A stretch of DNA of 64,000 nucleotides, from assembly GCF_965240435.1 (NCBI RefSeq), contig NZ_CBDEKO010000003.1. One strand, 5' to 3'. Both the position numbers and the translations under genes were made by a program. Below are positions 18,826-29,546 of the stretch, piece by piece. This stretch comes from Moorena producens (lineage in GTDB: Bacteria; Cyanobacteriota; Cyanobacteriia; Cyanobacteriales; Coleofasciculaceae). Positions within the stretch are counted from its first letter, which is position 1. The number at the start of each line of letters is the position of its first letter. Under the pieces are notes generated by a model. It had not been told where the DNA came from. It ran no database searches and saw only the letters and a list, made by a program, of their open reading frames with translations.

Positions 18826-20960
18826 AATCACAAAAAGCGGTCTACGATGTTGTCATTGTTGGTGGTGGACTTGCTGGCTTAACAGCAGGGTACCTGTTAA
18901 AGGATTTAAACATATTAGTACTTGAAAAAGAAGCCCAAGCTGGTGGACGGATACTTAGCCATTCTGCCGATGGTATCCCTTACGATCTCGGTGCTGTCTT
19001 TGCCTACAATCCAGGCAGCTTGCCTTTCGAGGTGAACTCTTCTGGTCTGATTCGTGAAAGTGAACAGATTGGCATTTTCTATGGTGGTCAAGTTCATTAT
19101 GGCTCTAGCCCCATAGATTGCCTTAAAAAGTTAGATCTGGAGCCACACTATTTGCAGCAACTTGATAACTTTCAGGTTCACCCAGCACAAAAAACAGCAC
19201 GATTATCGGATAAATTATATACCCTCCTAAATGCTTTTTTTCAGGTGATTCATCCTGGAGATATATGGGACTATTTACCTTCGCTGCAACAGGATGCCTT
19301 GAGAAAGTTTTCAACTGATCACTACGAGACTAGTAATGGAGAGTTGATTGAACAGTTTCAGAGCCACCTTGGGTCACTACTTAATTTAAATACCCAAGTT
19401 ATTGAAATTATCGACAAGCAAAGCTGTGTTCAACTTATTATTGAGACCGCCGATGACATTGAGACACTATGGGCAAAAACGGTTATCTTAACAACCCCTG
19501 CTCCTATCGCCTTATCCCTGCTTAAATCCATACAAGAGCCTTGCCAGTCTTTTTTACAATCTGTTCAGTATGGTAGAGGCACTGTCGTTGCTATTGGTTT
19601 TAAAAACCTTGAATTAACCAGTTTTGCTTATCTCGTAACCCCAGATTTGCCTAGTGCTACAATTATCCAACATAATATCCAACATAATAGCAATAAGGTG
19701 TTGCTTGTCTACTATGTTGGAGAAGTATCAGCCCAATTGCAGGCTATCCCAAACCAACAAATTATTCAGCAAACCTTAGGAATTTTGCAGCAACTAGGAA
19801 TTGGTGATATCTCTGAGGATAAAGTGCTGTTTACCGATGTACATCATTGGCCAATGGTAGGTACTATTATCTCTGAAGACAGCTATGGGCAATGGAAGCA
19901 ACAACTATCTCATCCGTCTAGACGAGTGTGGTTAGCTGGAGATTATGTTTTTGCCAATACTGAACAAATCATTCCCTATGGTATGGAAGCCGCAATTCTC
20001 TCAGGTAAACAGGTGGTCAAGAAGGTCAAGCAATATCTAAATAAGGAATTTTTCGCAGAGCTTATAACCAAAAAAACGCCATCAGAACAGTTTAAGTCAA
20101 ACTTTTTGATTGACACATCTATCTATCAGCTTTCATCAGATAAACCCGTTTTCCTAGAGAACAAAGAAGAAGGCAACATTGCTTTTTATGGTCTGATCCT
20201 ACAAGCACACCCTGATAAAACCCTTCAAACTTATCTCCTGAACCAGGCTACAACAGAGCATCTCTGGGAATATCAAATCGACTATGGCATCACGGCAGAT
20301 GATAGTGCTTTGGTAATTGAAGGGCTGATGGAAACTGGTGTATCTGATCAGGTGTTAATGCCTAGTCTCAAGAAACTAGTTGAATGTTTTTATGATTCAG
20401 AGCAAGGAGCTTTTCGCACGATACGTAAACAAGGGCGTGCAGTCTATTGGCAAGGATCATCTATTGATGCAACTGCTCAAGTTGGGTATTTACTCCATCG
20501 AATTGCCCCAGATCAGTTTCAATCAGAAATTGCAGCCTGTACTCGTTATCTCCAGCAAAATCAGTCTGAACAAGGATACTGGCAAAGTCGTTGGTTTCCG
20601 TCAGTGATGCTAACCACTTACTATGCCATACGACTTCTGTGGTCCTTCCCTCAATACCAAAAAACCCTAAAGAAAACTAGGAATTACATCCTGCGTACTC
20701 AGACTGACAATGGTAGCTGGGGGAACTCTATAATTGAAACGGCTACAGCAATTTTGGCACTTCAAACTATGAATGTGGGTGCATCAGCTCAAACCGAAGC
20801 AAAGCAGTGGATTTTGTCTCAAAAAACAGACCAGGGATGGCGAGGAGAGCCAGTACTCTATTACTGGTATGAAATCAACCCAGATAAAAAACTATTTTTT
20901 CATTGTATGGATAAAGGAAAAATCACTACTGCCTGGGCGACTTTGGCTCTCAACGGTTAA
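18810..20960 (+). CDS. FAD-dependent amine-oxidase-like domain fused to prenyltransferase/squalene-cyclase-like QW-repeat domain
   Basis: 716 aa. N-terminal dinucleotide-binding motif VVIVGGGLAGLTAGYLL...LEKEAQAGGR, and a C-proximal FAD motif WLAGDYVFANTEQIIPYGMEAAILSG. The C-terminal ~280 aa contain three QxxxGxW-type repeats (QSEQGYWQS, QTDNGSWGN, QKTDQGWRGE). Confidence 0.55.
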   Translation: MLPPVKSQKAVYDVVIVGGGLAGLTAGYLLKDLNILVLEKEAQAGGRILSHSADGIPYDLGAVFAYNPGSLPFEVNSSGLIRESEQIGIFYGGQVHYGSSPIDCLKKLDLEPHYLQQLDNFQVHPAQKTARLSDKLYTLLNAFFQVIHPGDIWDYLPSLQQDALRKFSTDHYETSNGELIEQFQSHLGSLLNLNTQVIEIIDKQSCVQLIIETADDIETLWAKTVILTTPAPIALSLLKSIQEPCQSFLQSVQYGRGTVVAIGFKNLELTSFAYLVTPDLPSATIIQHNIQHNSNKVLLVYYVGEVSAQLQAIPNQQIIQQTLGILQQLGIGDISEDKVLFTDVHHWPMVGTIISEDSYGQWKQQLSHPSRRVWLAGDYVFANTEQIIPYGMEAAILSGKQVVKKVKQYLNKEFFAELITKKTPSEQFKSNFLIDTSIYQLSSDKPVFLENKEEGNIAFYGLILQAHPDKTLQTYLLNQATTEHLWEYQIDYGITADDSALVIEGLMETGVSDQVLMPSLKKLVECFYDSEQGAFRTIRKQGRAVYWQGSSIDATAQVGYLLHRIAPDQFQSEIAACTRYLQQNQSEQGYWQSRWFPSVMLTTYYAIRLLWSFPQYQKTLKKTRNYILRTQTDNGSWGNSIIETATAILALQTMNVGASAQTEAKQWILSQKTDQGWRGEPVLYYWYEINPDKKLFFHCMDKGKITTAWATLALNG

Positions 20961-21125
20961 GCTGAGTGCAGAGCGTGCTGAGTCTTGAGTGCTGAGTCTT
21001 ATATAGGGGTTCCATGGGTGAGGTACATGCCCATTATCTACCACCTAATACCTAACACCTAATGCTTACTATGACCGAATAAATTGTGTACCTGATTAAG
21101 AGGATATCTGAAAAGTTTTTTGATA

Positions 21126-21235
21126 CTGAATTTTGCCCCCCTAGCCCCCCAACTTTGGGGGGAACAAGAGTCAATTTGCTTCTAAAAGTCCCCCGCCCCC
21201 CTAACCCCCCAATTCTGGGGGGAATTAGCGGATGC
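21126..21235. terminator. Two copies of a CCCCCC..(AAyTyT)..GGGGGG hairpin element between convergent genes
   Basis: gccccccctagccccccaactttggggggaa and cccccgcccccctaaccccccaattctggggggaa. Strong GC hairpins. No T-run, so they may be repeat elements or bidirectional terminators. Confidence 0.35.
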
Positions 21236-21318
21236 TTCGCTTTTTTACAGATGGGGACCAACGGGGGCTTGGATGTAGCAAATGGGACTTCTCAGACAAC
21301 CTCTAAGAAAGAAAACTG

Positions 21319-22446
21319 CTATAATTCCTTTTGCTGATCAAGTTTGGCATAGGGCAGCCAATGGTGCCATAGTGCTAAATAGGCTTTTGCGATCAAGTCC
21401 TGGTAAGGTTGATAAACAACTTTGATGTGATTTAGTCTTTTGGCAAAGGTACTTAAATAGCCCCGTTTCAATAACGAAGCCTGCCACTTGAGATAGGAAG
21501 GCCACTGCTGAGGATTTTGCCTTTGATGGATATAGCCCGGATAGGCTAAAATGCGATCGCGTTTTTCTGGTAAACAGAGTCCTTTCTTCACTAGATAGTC
21601 TAGTAGTTGCTCGGTTTCAGTTTTATTTCTGACATAGCATTCCAGGCCGACTTTGGGTAATACTCTCTGGCATACATCCAAATCAATGACTAGAGAAGAT
21701 GCCACATTAGCCAACTCACAAACCAAGGCTTCAAGTTCATCGGTATCACCTTGCCAACCGATTCGATTTAAATAGGGGATAATTTCGGCTGGCGCTAGAC
21801 CCATACAGACTCGGACAACATCTGAATCCCTGGCCAGCATTGCACCAATGGTAAAGACGTCAGCTCCAGAAGGCAAACTCTCGAAGCAATTAAACAAACA
21901 TTGCTCAACTTCTGGGGATAGTACTCTACCTAATAACAGTTTCAGAGCAGTTTGGCTTACCCATTGATACCCTCCCCCTGGTAAGATGCTGTAGTCAAAG
22001 AAATCAAAGAAAACACTGGGCAATGGAATTGGTGCTGGTTCCGGATTGACGTCAAACTCTAGCCAAATCTGGTCAATTTTATCGAAAAGTGGTGAAGAGG
22101 GGTCTGCCCATTGGGTGCAGAAGTTACAAACCCGCTGCCATATGGGATCAACTTGGAAGGTTTCTGGCAGGAGGTTGATGTTGTTGTTCTCTGCTAAAAT
22201 TCCTCGCCCTTCCTCTCCAATGCACAACAAAATATCTGCTTGGGGAAGACTTGATTGTAAAGGGCACTCAAATCCAAAGCCTTTGGTAATAGTCAGTTGA
22301 CTGGGTAGAGATTGGACAGTTTGGTAGATGTGGTTCCAATCAGAGGAACCAATTAAGGCCGAGGGAATATTTGGGGCAACAATCCTGCTGAGGGTATGGG
22401 ATAGACAGTAGTCATTGGTGGCTGGTGTAGTGCGATCGCAAACCAT
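21319..22446 (-). CDS. Hypothetical protein (last gene downstream of the lanthipeptide precursor)
   Basis: 375 aa with no recognised family. Confidence 0.4.
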   Translation of the reverse strand: MVCDRTTPATNDYCLSHTLSRIVAPNIPSALIGSSDWNHIYQTVQSLPSQLTITKGFGFECPLQSSLPQADILLCIGEEGRGILAENNNINLLPETFQVDPIWQRVCNFCTQWADPSSPLFDKIDQIWLEFDVNPEPAPIPLPSVFFDFFDYSILPGGGYQWVSQTALKLLLGRVLSPEVEQCLFNCFESLPSGADVFTIGAMLARDSDVVRVCMGLAPAEIIPYLNRIGWQGDTDELEALVCELANVASSLVIDLDVCQRVLPKVGLECYVRNKTETEQLLDYLVKKGLCLPEKRDRILAYPGYIHQRQNPQQWPSYLKWQASLLKRGYLSTFAKRLNHIKVVYQPYQDLIAKAYLALWHHWLPYAKLDQQKEL

Positions 22447-22935
22447 TGGCTAGTCAGTTTAAAAGCTTGAAATAAGTGTTTGGTTAACAGGTTTTGAAAT
22501 TAGTTAAGGATTAATCCTTCAGTGACGTTGCTGAACGTTTAACGACTTGGTAATGATAGCTAAGGGCACCATAGGAATTTACCCTGCTGTAACCTTTGAC
22601 TATGATTATGAAATCACCAACACCCTGCTAAAACATCGATTCATTGTCTTGATGCAGTCGCTCATGGGGGGAACCCCCAAGACCGCGCTGCATCGCTCAT
22701 AGAAATTATATGAAAATTATGCTGAGCACCGTTGAGTATGTAGAAGCTATGGTTTTCTAAACTTAACTCTACTTCCGATGGGCATAAACTTAGCTTTTGC
22801 CTTAGCTGTTGAGCTAATCGCTGCATTTGCTACAGGGGCTGACTACTGATAGCTTAAAGCTTATTCCTAAAAGCATAAGATTAGGATTACAAAGCTTGAG
22901 GATTAGTTAATTTATCTTATATAATTACTAATTCC

Positions 22936-23214
<279 letters not shown>

Positions 23215-23477
23215 TTAAGCCACACCATGGTATACAAAGAAACTCTTTGTGTAAACTTGATAAAAATATCTCCGATGAGGGAATAATAAATTGGTATGGC
23301 GCTACGGGCAATGGCATTGGCAACAGGCAAGAGGCAACAGTTTACTAAAAACGCTTTTGCTGCTTTCATCAATGTCCTAACTTTAATGCGTAGTGCTATA
23401 ATAATTATTAGTTTTGATCAAAGCTGGGCAGATTAATGATAGGATGTTTTTTGTAGCCCCTTGAAATCCCGGGTGCT

Positions 23478-24458
23478 TCAATCAGGAGATGAGATTAAGG
23501 GTTGATTCAAGCTTTGAGCTGCCAAAATTTCGTCGATAGACATTACATTAATATCGTAAACCTCACCAAGTTGCTCAAGCAGCAAATCCTCAATAAATTT
23601 CCACTGGTCATCCGGTGTATAGCCACTGATTCTAGAGCGACACAGACAAACTAGTTGTAGCTTAACATTATTGTTTTCTAAAAAGCCAACTAACTCCTTG
23701 ATGCGCTTAACAATTTCAGATTCCGAAACCTTCTTCTGTCCCTGGTAAACATTACTGCTGTAGGGGTTATGCTTGAAAACAAGGTAGTACTTGCCATCTT
23801 CAACTCGGGTTGAAACTCCACTTCCTAATAAAACTCGCAAGTAATGATACCGATCCTGAATAAAAGATTGATATTGTGCTTCGGTAATTTCTATATTTCC
23901 TTGTAGGATTTTGAATTCTTGGTTACAAGAAAAGTAATCCAAATCAATATCTAGAACTACCAATTGATTGTCTGTAAATTCGTCATATACCGTTAAATTA
24001 TGAATCTGAGCGAGTTGATAGTTAGGATCAATCAGCCACTTAAAATAAGTTTTAGCATTGACTTCATTTTTCTGAAACGTTTTTGATATCAAACAGTTAC
24101 CCTCTGAATTAGAGCTATAAATGCAAATTGACTTAGGGGTTGTTGATAAATTTTGATAAGGGTGCTGTAGCCAATAAAATTGCTTAAATAGTCCTTGATA
24201 AATCGCTGGAATTATGAAGTTTTCAATATTCAGTTCATTGTAGGTAAAGTGATATATATCTGTTAGGTTTGTTCTGTCAAGAGCATCAATGGACTTATTT
24301 AAGCGAGGGGATCTAAAGTCCGAATGTTCATCCACATGAAGTAGGATATTATTTGATGCTAGCATTAGCTTTTCCATGACAGCATAATGCCAGATCAAGA
24401 AAGCCTCATTGTGTTCCTCGACAATAAAAACTGGAATCATACTAACTATCTGCTCCAC
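23478..24458 (-). CDS. UPF0489-like protein with arginase/ureohydrolase-like metal-binding motifs
   Basis: 326 aa. Motifs EEHNE (about residue 14-18), HVDEHSD (a D-x-H-x-D pattern like arginase DAHxD), and LDIDLDYFS (a D-x-D pattern like arginase SxDxDxxDP). The spacings between motifs are plausible for the arginase fold. Paralogous to the N-terminus of 24523-26124. Confidence 0.5.
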   Translation of the reverse strand: MEQIVSMIPVFIVEEHNEAFLIWHYAVMEKLMLASNNILLHVDEHSDFRSPRLNKSIDALDRTNLTDIYHFTYNELNIENFIIPAIYQGLFKQFYWLQHPYQNLSTTPKSICIYSSNSEGNCLISKTFQKNEVNAKTYFKWLIDPNYQLAQIHNLTVYDEFTDNQLVVLDIDLDYFSCNQEFKILQGNIEITEAQYQSFIQDRYHYLRVLLGSGVSTRVEDGKYYLVFKHNPYSSNVYQGQKKVSESEIVKRIKELVGFLENNNVKLQLVCLCRSRISGYTPDDQWKFIEDLLLEQLGEVYDINVMSIDEILAAQSLNQPLISSPD

Positions 24459-24522
24459 TAGGTTAGTAGTAGTAGGGTGCCTTAATAATAGACCCTACTA
24501 AGGGCGAGTTACTGGGGGCGAG

Positions 24523-26124
24523 TTACTGGGTAAATCCTGACTCTGAAGAGTCCTCAGTAGGCGGCGGAAATTGATAAGCCACCGTTATGCGCAACTTATT
24601 ACACAGACGGCTTGGCGGACATCCCCGATGGGGAATGGTTCCATCGAAAATGAGAACGCGACCTGGCTTTGGCAAACAGGCATAGATTAAGTCTGCTTTA
24701 CTGGGATCGCGTTCAGAATAAAGCTTTGTCTCTCCATCCCAGTCAGCTCTCCACATCGGATTAATATAACAGATAGCTGTTTGACCAGGATTCTTGATGT
24801 TAGATGAATCCCGATGGATACCATCTCCGAGACCAAATAAATGACCATTAACAACGATGCGAGGGTCTTTAGCCTCGTAGGGAAGTTGCCGCCGGACAAT
24901 TTCTCTAAGCTCGTAGATGCTATCAGGAAAATCTTTTGGTACCCAAAAGGAGGTCAGTAGGTCATCCTCATCTCCACGATTCTGAAACTCCCATCTCAAA
25001 CCATTCAAGTAGTAATTATAGATTTGCTTGAGCAGATACCTAGGGACTAAATCTTCATAGACTGCAATTCTACCGACAGAGGTGTTGAGGCTGATTGTAG
25101 GAGTGTTCGAATTTTCTTTAATCGATTGATCTAATTGATCTAATTGATCTAATTTAGTATGGGTTTCAGTTGCTTGTGTTTGGCTTACTACCAATGCCCT
25201 GGTGCTAAACATCACATCTGGATTTAAGTCTTCTTCAAGCAAAACTTTATCGATCGAGGTAAGTTGGATATCATAAACCTCACCAAGTCTTTTAAGCAAA
25301 TAATCCTCAATCAACTCCCAGTTTTCATCTGCTGCAAATCCACTAATTCTGGAACGACGGAGACAAATAAGCTGTAGCTGAACCTGATTATTTTGCAAAA
25401 AGCCGATTAATTCCTCAATTCTCCTGATAATTTCCGAATCCGATAGATTACGTTTCTTGGTAATTTCATCGTTTTTACTGGAATTAGTGAACACAATGTA
25501 GTATTTTTTATGCTCAACTTTAGTTTCAATTCCACTACCAAATTGACGCCTCAGGTAGTGATTATTATCTTGAAGAAAAGCTTGATATTGTTCTTCAGTG
25601 ATTTCTAATCGTCCTTGAGGGGTGCTGCCGCCAGTATTTTCCAAAAAGTAATCCAAGACAACGTCTAAAACCACCGATTGATTTTCTATAAAATCATCAT
25701 TTACTGTTAGATATTGAATATCAGTCAGGTTATACTTAGGATTGAGTAGCCATTTAAACCGCGTCTGTGCTGTAACGTCATCCTTCTGAAACATCTTGTA
25801 TATTAAACACTTATCACTTACCTCAGACGGATAAATACAGAGAGACTGGGATTTTGTAGGTAACTTTAAATTAGGCTGATGTAACCAGTAAAATTGATTA
25901 AAAATTCCTCGATAAATCGCGGGAATAATAAAATTCGCAATCGTTACTTCCTTGGATGTGAATCGATAGAGCTGGGATAAGCTATTTTTGTCAAGGGAAT
26001 CATCTGAATACTTATCCACATGGAGGAGACTATTTTTTGATGCTGGTATTACCTTTTTATCAACTGCATAATGCCAGATTAAGGAAGCCTCGTTGTGATC
26101 CTCGAACACAAAAACCGGAATCAT
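24523..26124 (-). CDS. Fusion protein: degenerate UPF0489/arginase-like N-domain plus C-terminal 2OG-Fe(II) oxygenase (prolyl-4-hydroxylase-like) domain
   Basis: 533 aa. The N-domain is homologous to 23478-24458 but has HVDKYSD (Tyr where His is expected) and LDVVLDYF. The C-domain has HRD (in GDGIHRDSS), a second His (in TIPHRG) and RIT (in RITVAYQF), which is a typical HxD...H...RxS/T arrangement. Confidence 0.6.
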   Translation of the reverse strand: MIPVFVFEDHNEASLIWHYAVDKKVIPASKNSLLHVDKYSDDSLDKNSLSQLYRFTSKEVTIANFIIPAIYRGIFNQFYWLHQPNLKLPTKSQSLCIYPSEVSDKCLIYKMFQKDDVTAQTRFKWLLNPKYNLTDIQYLTVNDDFIENQSVVLDVVLDYFLENTGGSTPQGRLEITEEQYQAFLQDNNHYLRRQFGSGIETKVEHKKYYIVFTNSSKNDEITKKRNLSDSEIIRRIEELIGFLQNNQVQLQLICLRRSRISGFAADENWELIEDYLLKRLGEVYDIQLTSIDKVLLEEDLNPDVMFSTRALVVSQTQATETHTKLDQLDQLDQSIKENSNTPTISLNTSVGRIAVYEDLVPRYLLKQIYNYYLNGLRWEFQNRGDEDDLLTSFWVPKDFPDSIYELREIVRRQLPYEAKDPRIVVNGHLFGLGDGIHRDSSNIKNPGQTAICYINPMWRADWDGETKLYSERDPSKADLIYACLPKPGRVLIFDGTIPHRGCPPSRLCNKLRITVAYQFPPPTEDSSESGFTQ

Positions 26125-26240
26125 GATTAACCGCTTGTAGTATTATCTCGATCGGATTTTTTATTGGATTGTTAATTAACAACTAACAATTAACAATTTA
26201 CTTGAACCAGAAGTGATTAACCACAGGATATATCAAGCCC

Positions 26241-29200
26241 CTATTGCCACAATAACACTGAGGGCAGCTTACCAGAAGCTAAACGCAACAGCTCGTAACC
26301 AATCCCTGCTGTTCCCTGAAAGAAGCCAGGACTCCAGACAGAACTTGGCAAATTGTCAAACAGTTGATAACTTCCTGTTCGTCTTGCCCTCGCCACCACA
26401 TTTGTTCCTCGTTGGAGGGCGAGTTGCCGTAAATCAGGACGGGAAAATCCTTCGGCTGCAATCAACAGAACCTCAATCCGTCCGAAGTTACCGCAGCACA
26501 AATGGTCAATGCCTTGTAAGCCAAATTGCTGGGTCTTTTGCAACCCTACCTCAATGTCCTGCTGAATATCTGCCGTATCCAGCATGGGCAATCCACCCAG
26601 TCGTCCTAGGGCAATCCCCGGTGCTCCATGACACCAACTCACCATAAAGCCCGGTTGCCCCTTGTCCTGCTGGAATTCGCGGAAATCCGGCCAATTACCT
26701 GCCTTCTCAGAAAAAACACTGCGTTCGTAGGCAATACCTTCTTCTGCTGCTTCACGGTAACGATGGTCTTGGGTGACAGCATACAGGCGCAGCAAAGCAT
26801 AGGCAATTCCAGCCGCACCGTGGGAGAACCCCGTGAGGGGCTGTTCCCTGAGAGTTTGCCATGCCTTGGGAGACCCCTTGATACTCACGCGCTGCTGTAA
26901 TAGATGGTTAGCACAAGCTTGAGCTTTCTCTAGAACGTCTGGATCCTGAGTAGCTTCGTACAAGGGTAACAGACCCAAGATTGCTCCGGCAGCTCCTCCC
27001 ATCACATCCAGTTGTTGATCAGTCGCAATCAATTCAGCAGTAATACTCTTGACAAAAAGCTCAGCATCCGCAAGTAATGCTGTATCCCCCAAGAATTGGC
27101 TGACTTTTGTGAAAGTATAGATGATAGAACTAACTCCGGTAGCTCCTCCAATTCCCAAATTTCTCGCCAGTCTCTGACGAGTATCAGCCAGCTGAGTTAG
27201 CTTTCGTAAACGCTGTAAAGCTTGCAAAGCTAATTCACCAAATTCTTGACGACCCCTTACCCAATCCAATGCTGATAGAAACAGGGCAATTCCACATTTG
27301 CCATCGTAGAGGGAGTTGCCCAGCAGCTGTAGTTGAAACCGTTCAGCTTTAGAAACAAACCCCATGCCAATCCAGTTAACACAGCCATTTGGATCTGGAA
27401 TTGCTTTGGCCTGGATTTCCCTAGCGATCGCATCAGCCTCTTGAATCAACTGATCCGGTGTCAGCGGTGGTAGGGACTGTACTTCCCATGCCCCGGTTTC
27501 TCCAGTTGGTTTTCGTGCCACCCGTGCATAAAGAGCTTGCCGGATCAAACAGAGTTGTTGCCCTAGGTTTGTTTCACTGAATTGCTGTAGCTCGGTGATC
27601 ACCTGCTCATAACTCGGTTGCTTAAAAGCCTGGGGAATAGTTTCTCCGGTAGGTAGGGGTAAAGCCTGACTAGCAGAGTTGCCCTGAAAGTATGGAATAT
27701 CGAGTTGTGCCATTACCTGCAACTCAGCAGCTAAGATCGGCCAAGCTTTTGGTTTCTGCTGATCAACCAGGAACCCTCGACTGATGATGTCTAGCTCAAG
27801 ACTGTAATCAACTCCATCTTGGCAGAATTCAGGGGTCAAGGTTTTCTGCAAAACTGTCCGATACACTTTAGTTGACCGAAAGATAAACCGGATGGGTTGG
27901 TCTTGCAGGGCTGCTAGTGGTCCATCAACAGCAAGCATTGCCTCTCCCTGGCCGATCACGAAGCGATACACCTGCTCAAACCCCTCAACCAGCTGCTCCA
28001 CATAGTCGTTAGGAGACAGGATCTGCTCACCAAGGTAAGACACATTTTTCGACCTGGGTCGAGTGATATTATCGTAGCCCAGATGCATATGATCAGTGTT
28101 GATAGCCTTCCAGCAGCGAGCTTTATGAGCTTTATTAGAGCTAGGTTGGGACTCAATACTTCCCAAACCGCTAATGTCATAGGCAATGCTGCGATCGCTA
28201 CTAAAATCCCATCGGGGCAACAACCCCGTCCGCAAGACAGAATGGTAAAATTGTTGCCCTGCAGTGGATTCCATCTCTTGGGCATCCAGGGAATTGTCTA
28301 TCAGTTTGACTTCCGGGTCAAGGAGAGTTTCTAGATCCACCAACACCAAATGCTCACCACTCGCAATCAGGTTTTGATAGTGGCAGTCTATTCCCCGCAA
28401 AGCATAAAGCCAGCACAATAGCATCCCAGCGCGCTGATAAAACCGTTGCGCCGCTGCTTCATTTTCGCAGGGCTGATGTTCCACATACTCAACCCAGCCA
28501 TACCCACTTTGATTGAGAACTCGTAATACTTTGAATTTGAGCAGTTCTTCGTGTTGATTGCACCAAGCCAACAGGTTATTAAACGCTACTTCCAGCCCTA
28601 AATCTTTGGGTTTGTAGACTACCTTGAGTCCAGAATCAAAGGTGAGTACAAACACTGAGCGTCCTCCATTGTGGGGGTCCGATAACCCTGTCTTAATATC
28701 AGTGACCTGACCGAGACCTTTCAATGATGTTGTTCCTTGCTCCCCTTCAGGGGTTTGGGTTTTACCAAACATTTGATCAATGGCTTCATAGTCCCAGCTC
28801 AACCGTTGCAGTAACTCTACCGTTGCCTCTAGCCAAAGGTTGATACAGGTAGCAACCAATCGCCCCAGCACCGGATAGTTTTCGACAAGGGTAAGGTAAC
28901 CTTCTCGCAAGTGTTGCTCGACAAAGGCATCATAGAAAGTCGTTTGACCATTGCCCTGGAGAGCTGGTAGAAGTAAGTTCAGCAATCTATATCCACCTGG
29001 ACGGGCTTTGGAGAACTCAGCATTCAGTGTCTTAGCACAAAGCGTTGTTACTTGTTGCAGCAGAGTGCGCTCTAGACAACGGTAGGCTGTTTTAGATAAC
29101 AAAGCATTGGCTTGACCTACCACTGGCAAGGCAAAATCCTTGAACCTTTCCTGTAGCTTTGCTCTGGCCACCACCACCACAGGTAGCAGTAGATCTTCAA

Positions 29201-29546
29201 AGGGAAGAGGATTGTCTAGATCAATTGGCAAGTCAGGATAATCCTGAGGCTGAAAGCCTTTAGCGGTTTCCATTACCTGTGCTAGGGTGTTTGCCCACTT
29301 GGGTAGTTGTTCAGCAACTAAACGCACAGTACCTAGGCATGGACGAACTTTGTCTATATCTAATCCATCCCACTGTAAGCGTCGCTGAAACTTGTCCCAG
29401 TTTCCCTGAGCCACCACATTGCACCAGCGCTCAAGTCTTTGTGATACTTGTGCTTCACTGTTGCTATTAAGCTCCGGTACGAATTGCTTGATATCAAGGC
29501 GTTCCCACCAGAAACTAGCTTTAGCAACTATTGATCTACCTAACAA
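26241..29546 (-). CDS. lanM: Class II lanthipeptide synthetase LanM (ProcM-like, CCG zinc-ligand type)
   Basis: 1101 aa. N-terminal LanM dehydratase domain. C-terminal LanC-like cyclase with WCHGAPGIALGRL and HLCCGNFGRIE (CCG rather than CHG, as in ProcM). Confidence 0.85.
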   Translation of the reverse strand: MLGRSIVAKASFWWERLDIKQFVPELNSNSEAQVSQRLERWCNVVAQGNWDKFQRRLQWDGLDIDKVRPCLGTVRLVAEQLPKWANTLAQVMETAKGFQPQDYPDLPIDLDNPLPFEDLLLPVVVVARAKLQERFKDFALPVVGQANALLSKTAYRCLERTLLQQVTTLCAKTLNAEFSKARPGGYRLLNLLLPALQGNGQTTFYDAFVEQHLREGYLTLVENYPVLGRLVATCINLWLEATVELLQRLSWDYEAIDQMFGKTQTPEGEQGTTSLKGLGQVTDIKTGLSDPHNGGRSVFVLTFDSGLKVVYKPKDLGLEVAFNNLLAWCNQHEELLKFKVLRVLNQSGYGWVEYVEHQPCENEAAAQRFYQRAGMLLCWLYALRGIDCHYQNLIASGEHLVLVDLETLLDPEVKLIDNSLDAQEMESTAGQQFYHSVLRTGLLPRWDFSSDRSIAYDISGLGSIESQPSSNKAHKARCWKAINTDHMHLGYDNITRPRSKNVSYLGEQILSPNDYVEQLVEGFEQVYRFVIGQGEAMLAVDGPLAALQDQPIRFIFRSTKVYRTVLQKTLTPEFCQDGVDYSLELDIISRGFLVDQQKPKAWPILAAELQVMAQLDIPYFQGNSASQALPLPTGETIPQAFKQPSYEQVITELQQFSETNLGQQLCLIRQALYARVARKPTGETGAWEVQSLPPLTPDQLIQEADAIAREIQAKAIPDPNGCVNWIGMGFVSKAERFQLQLLGNSLYDGKCGIALFLSALDWVRGRQEFGELALQALQRLRKLTQLADTRQRLARNLGIGGATGVSSIIYTFTKVSQFLGDTALLADAELFVKSITAELIATDQQLDVMGGAAGAILGLLPLYEATQDPDVLEKAQACANHLLQQRVSIKGSPKAWQTLREQPLTGFSHGAAGIAYALLRLYAVTQDHRYREAAEEGIAYERSVFSEKAGNWPDFREFQQDKGQPGFMVSWCHGAPGIALGRLGGLPMLDTADIQQDIEVGLQKTQQFGLQGIDHLCCGNFGRIEVLLIAAEGFSRPDLRQLALQRGTNVVARARRTGSYQLFDNLPSSVWSPGFFQGTAGIGYELLRLASGKLPSVLLWQ

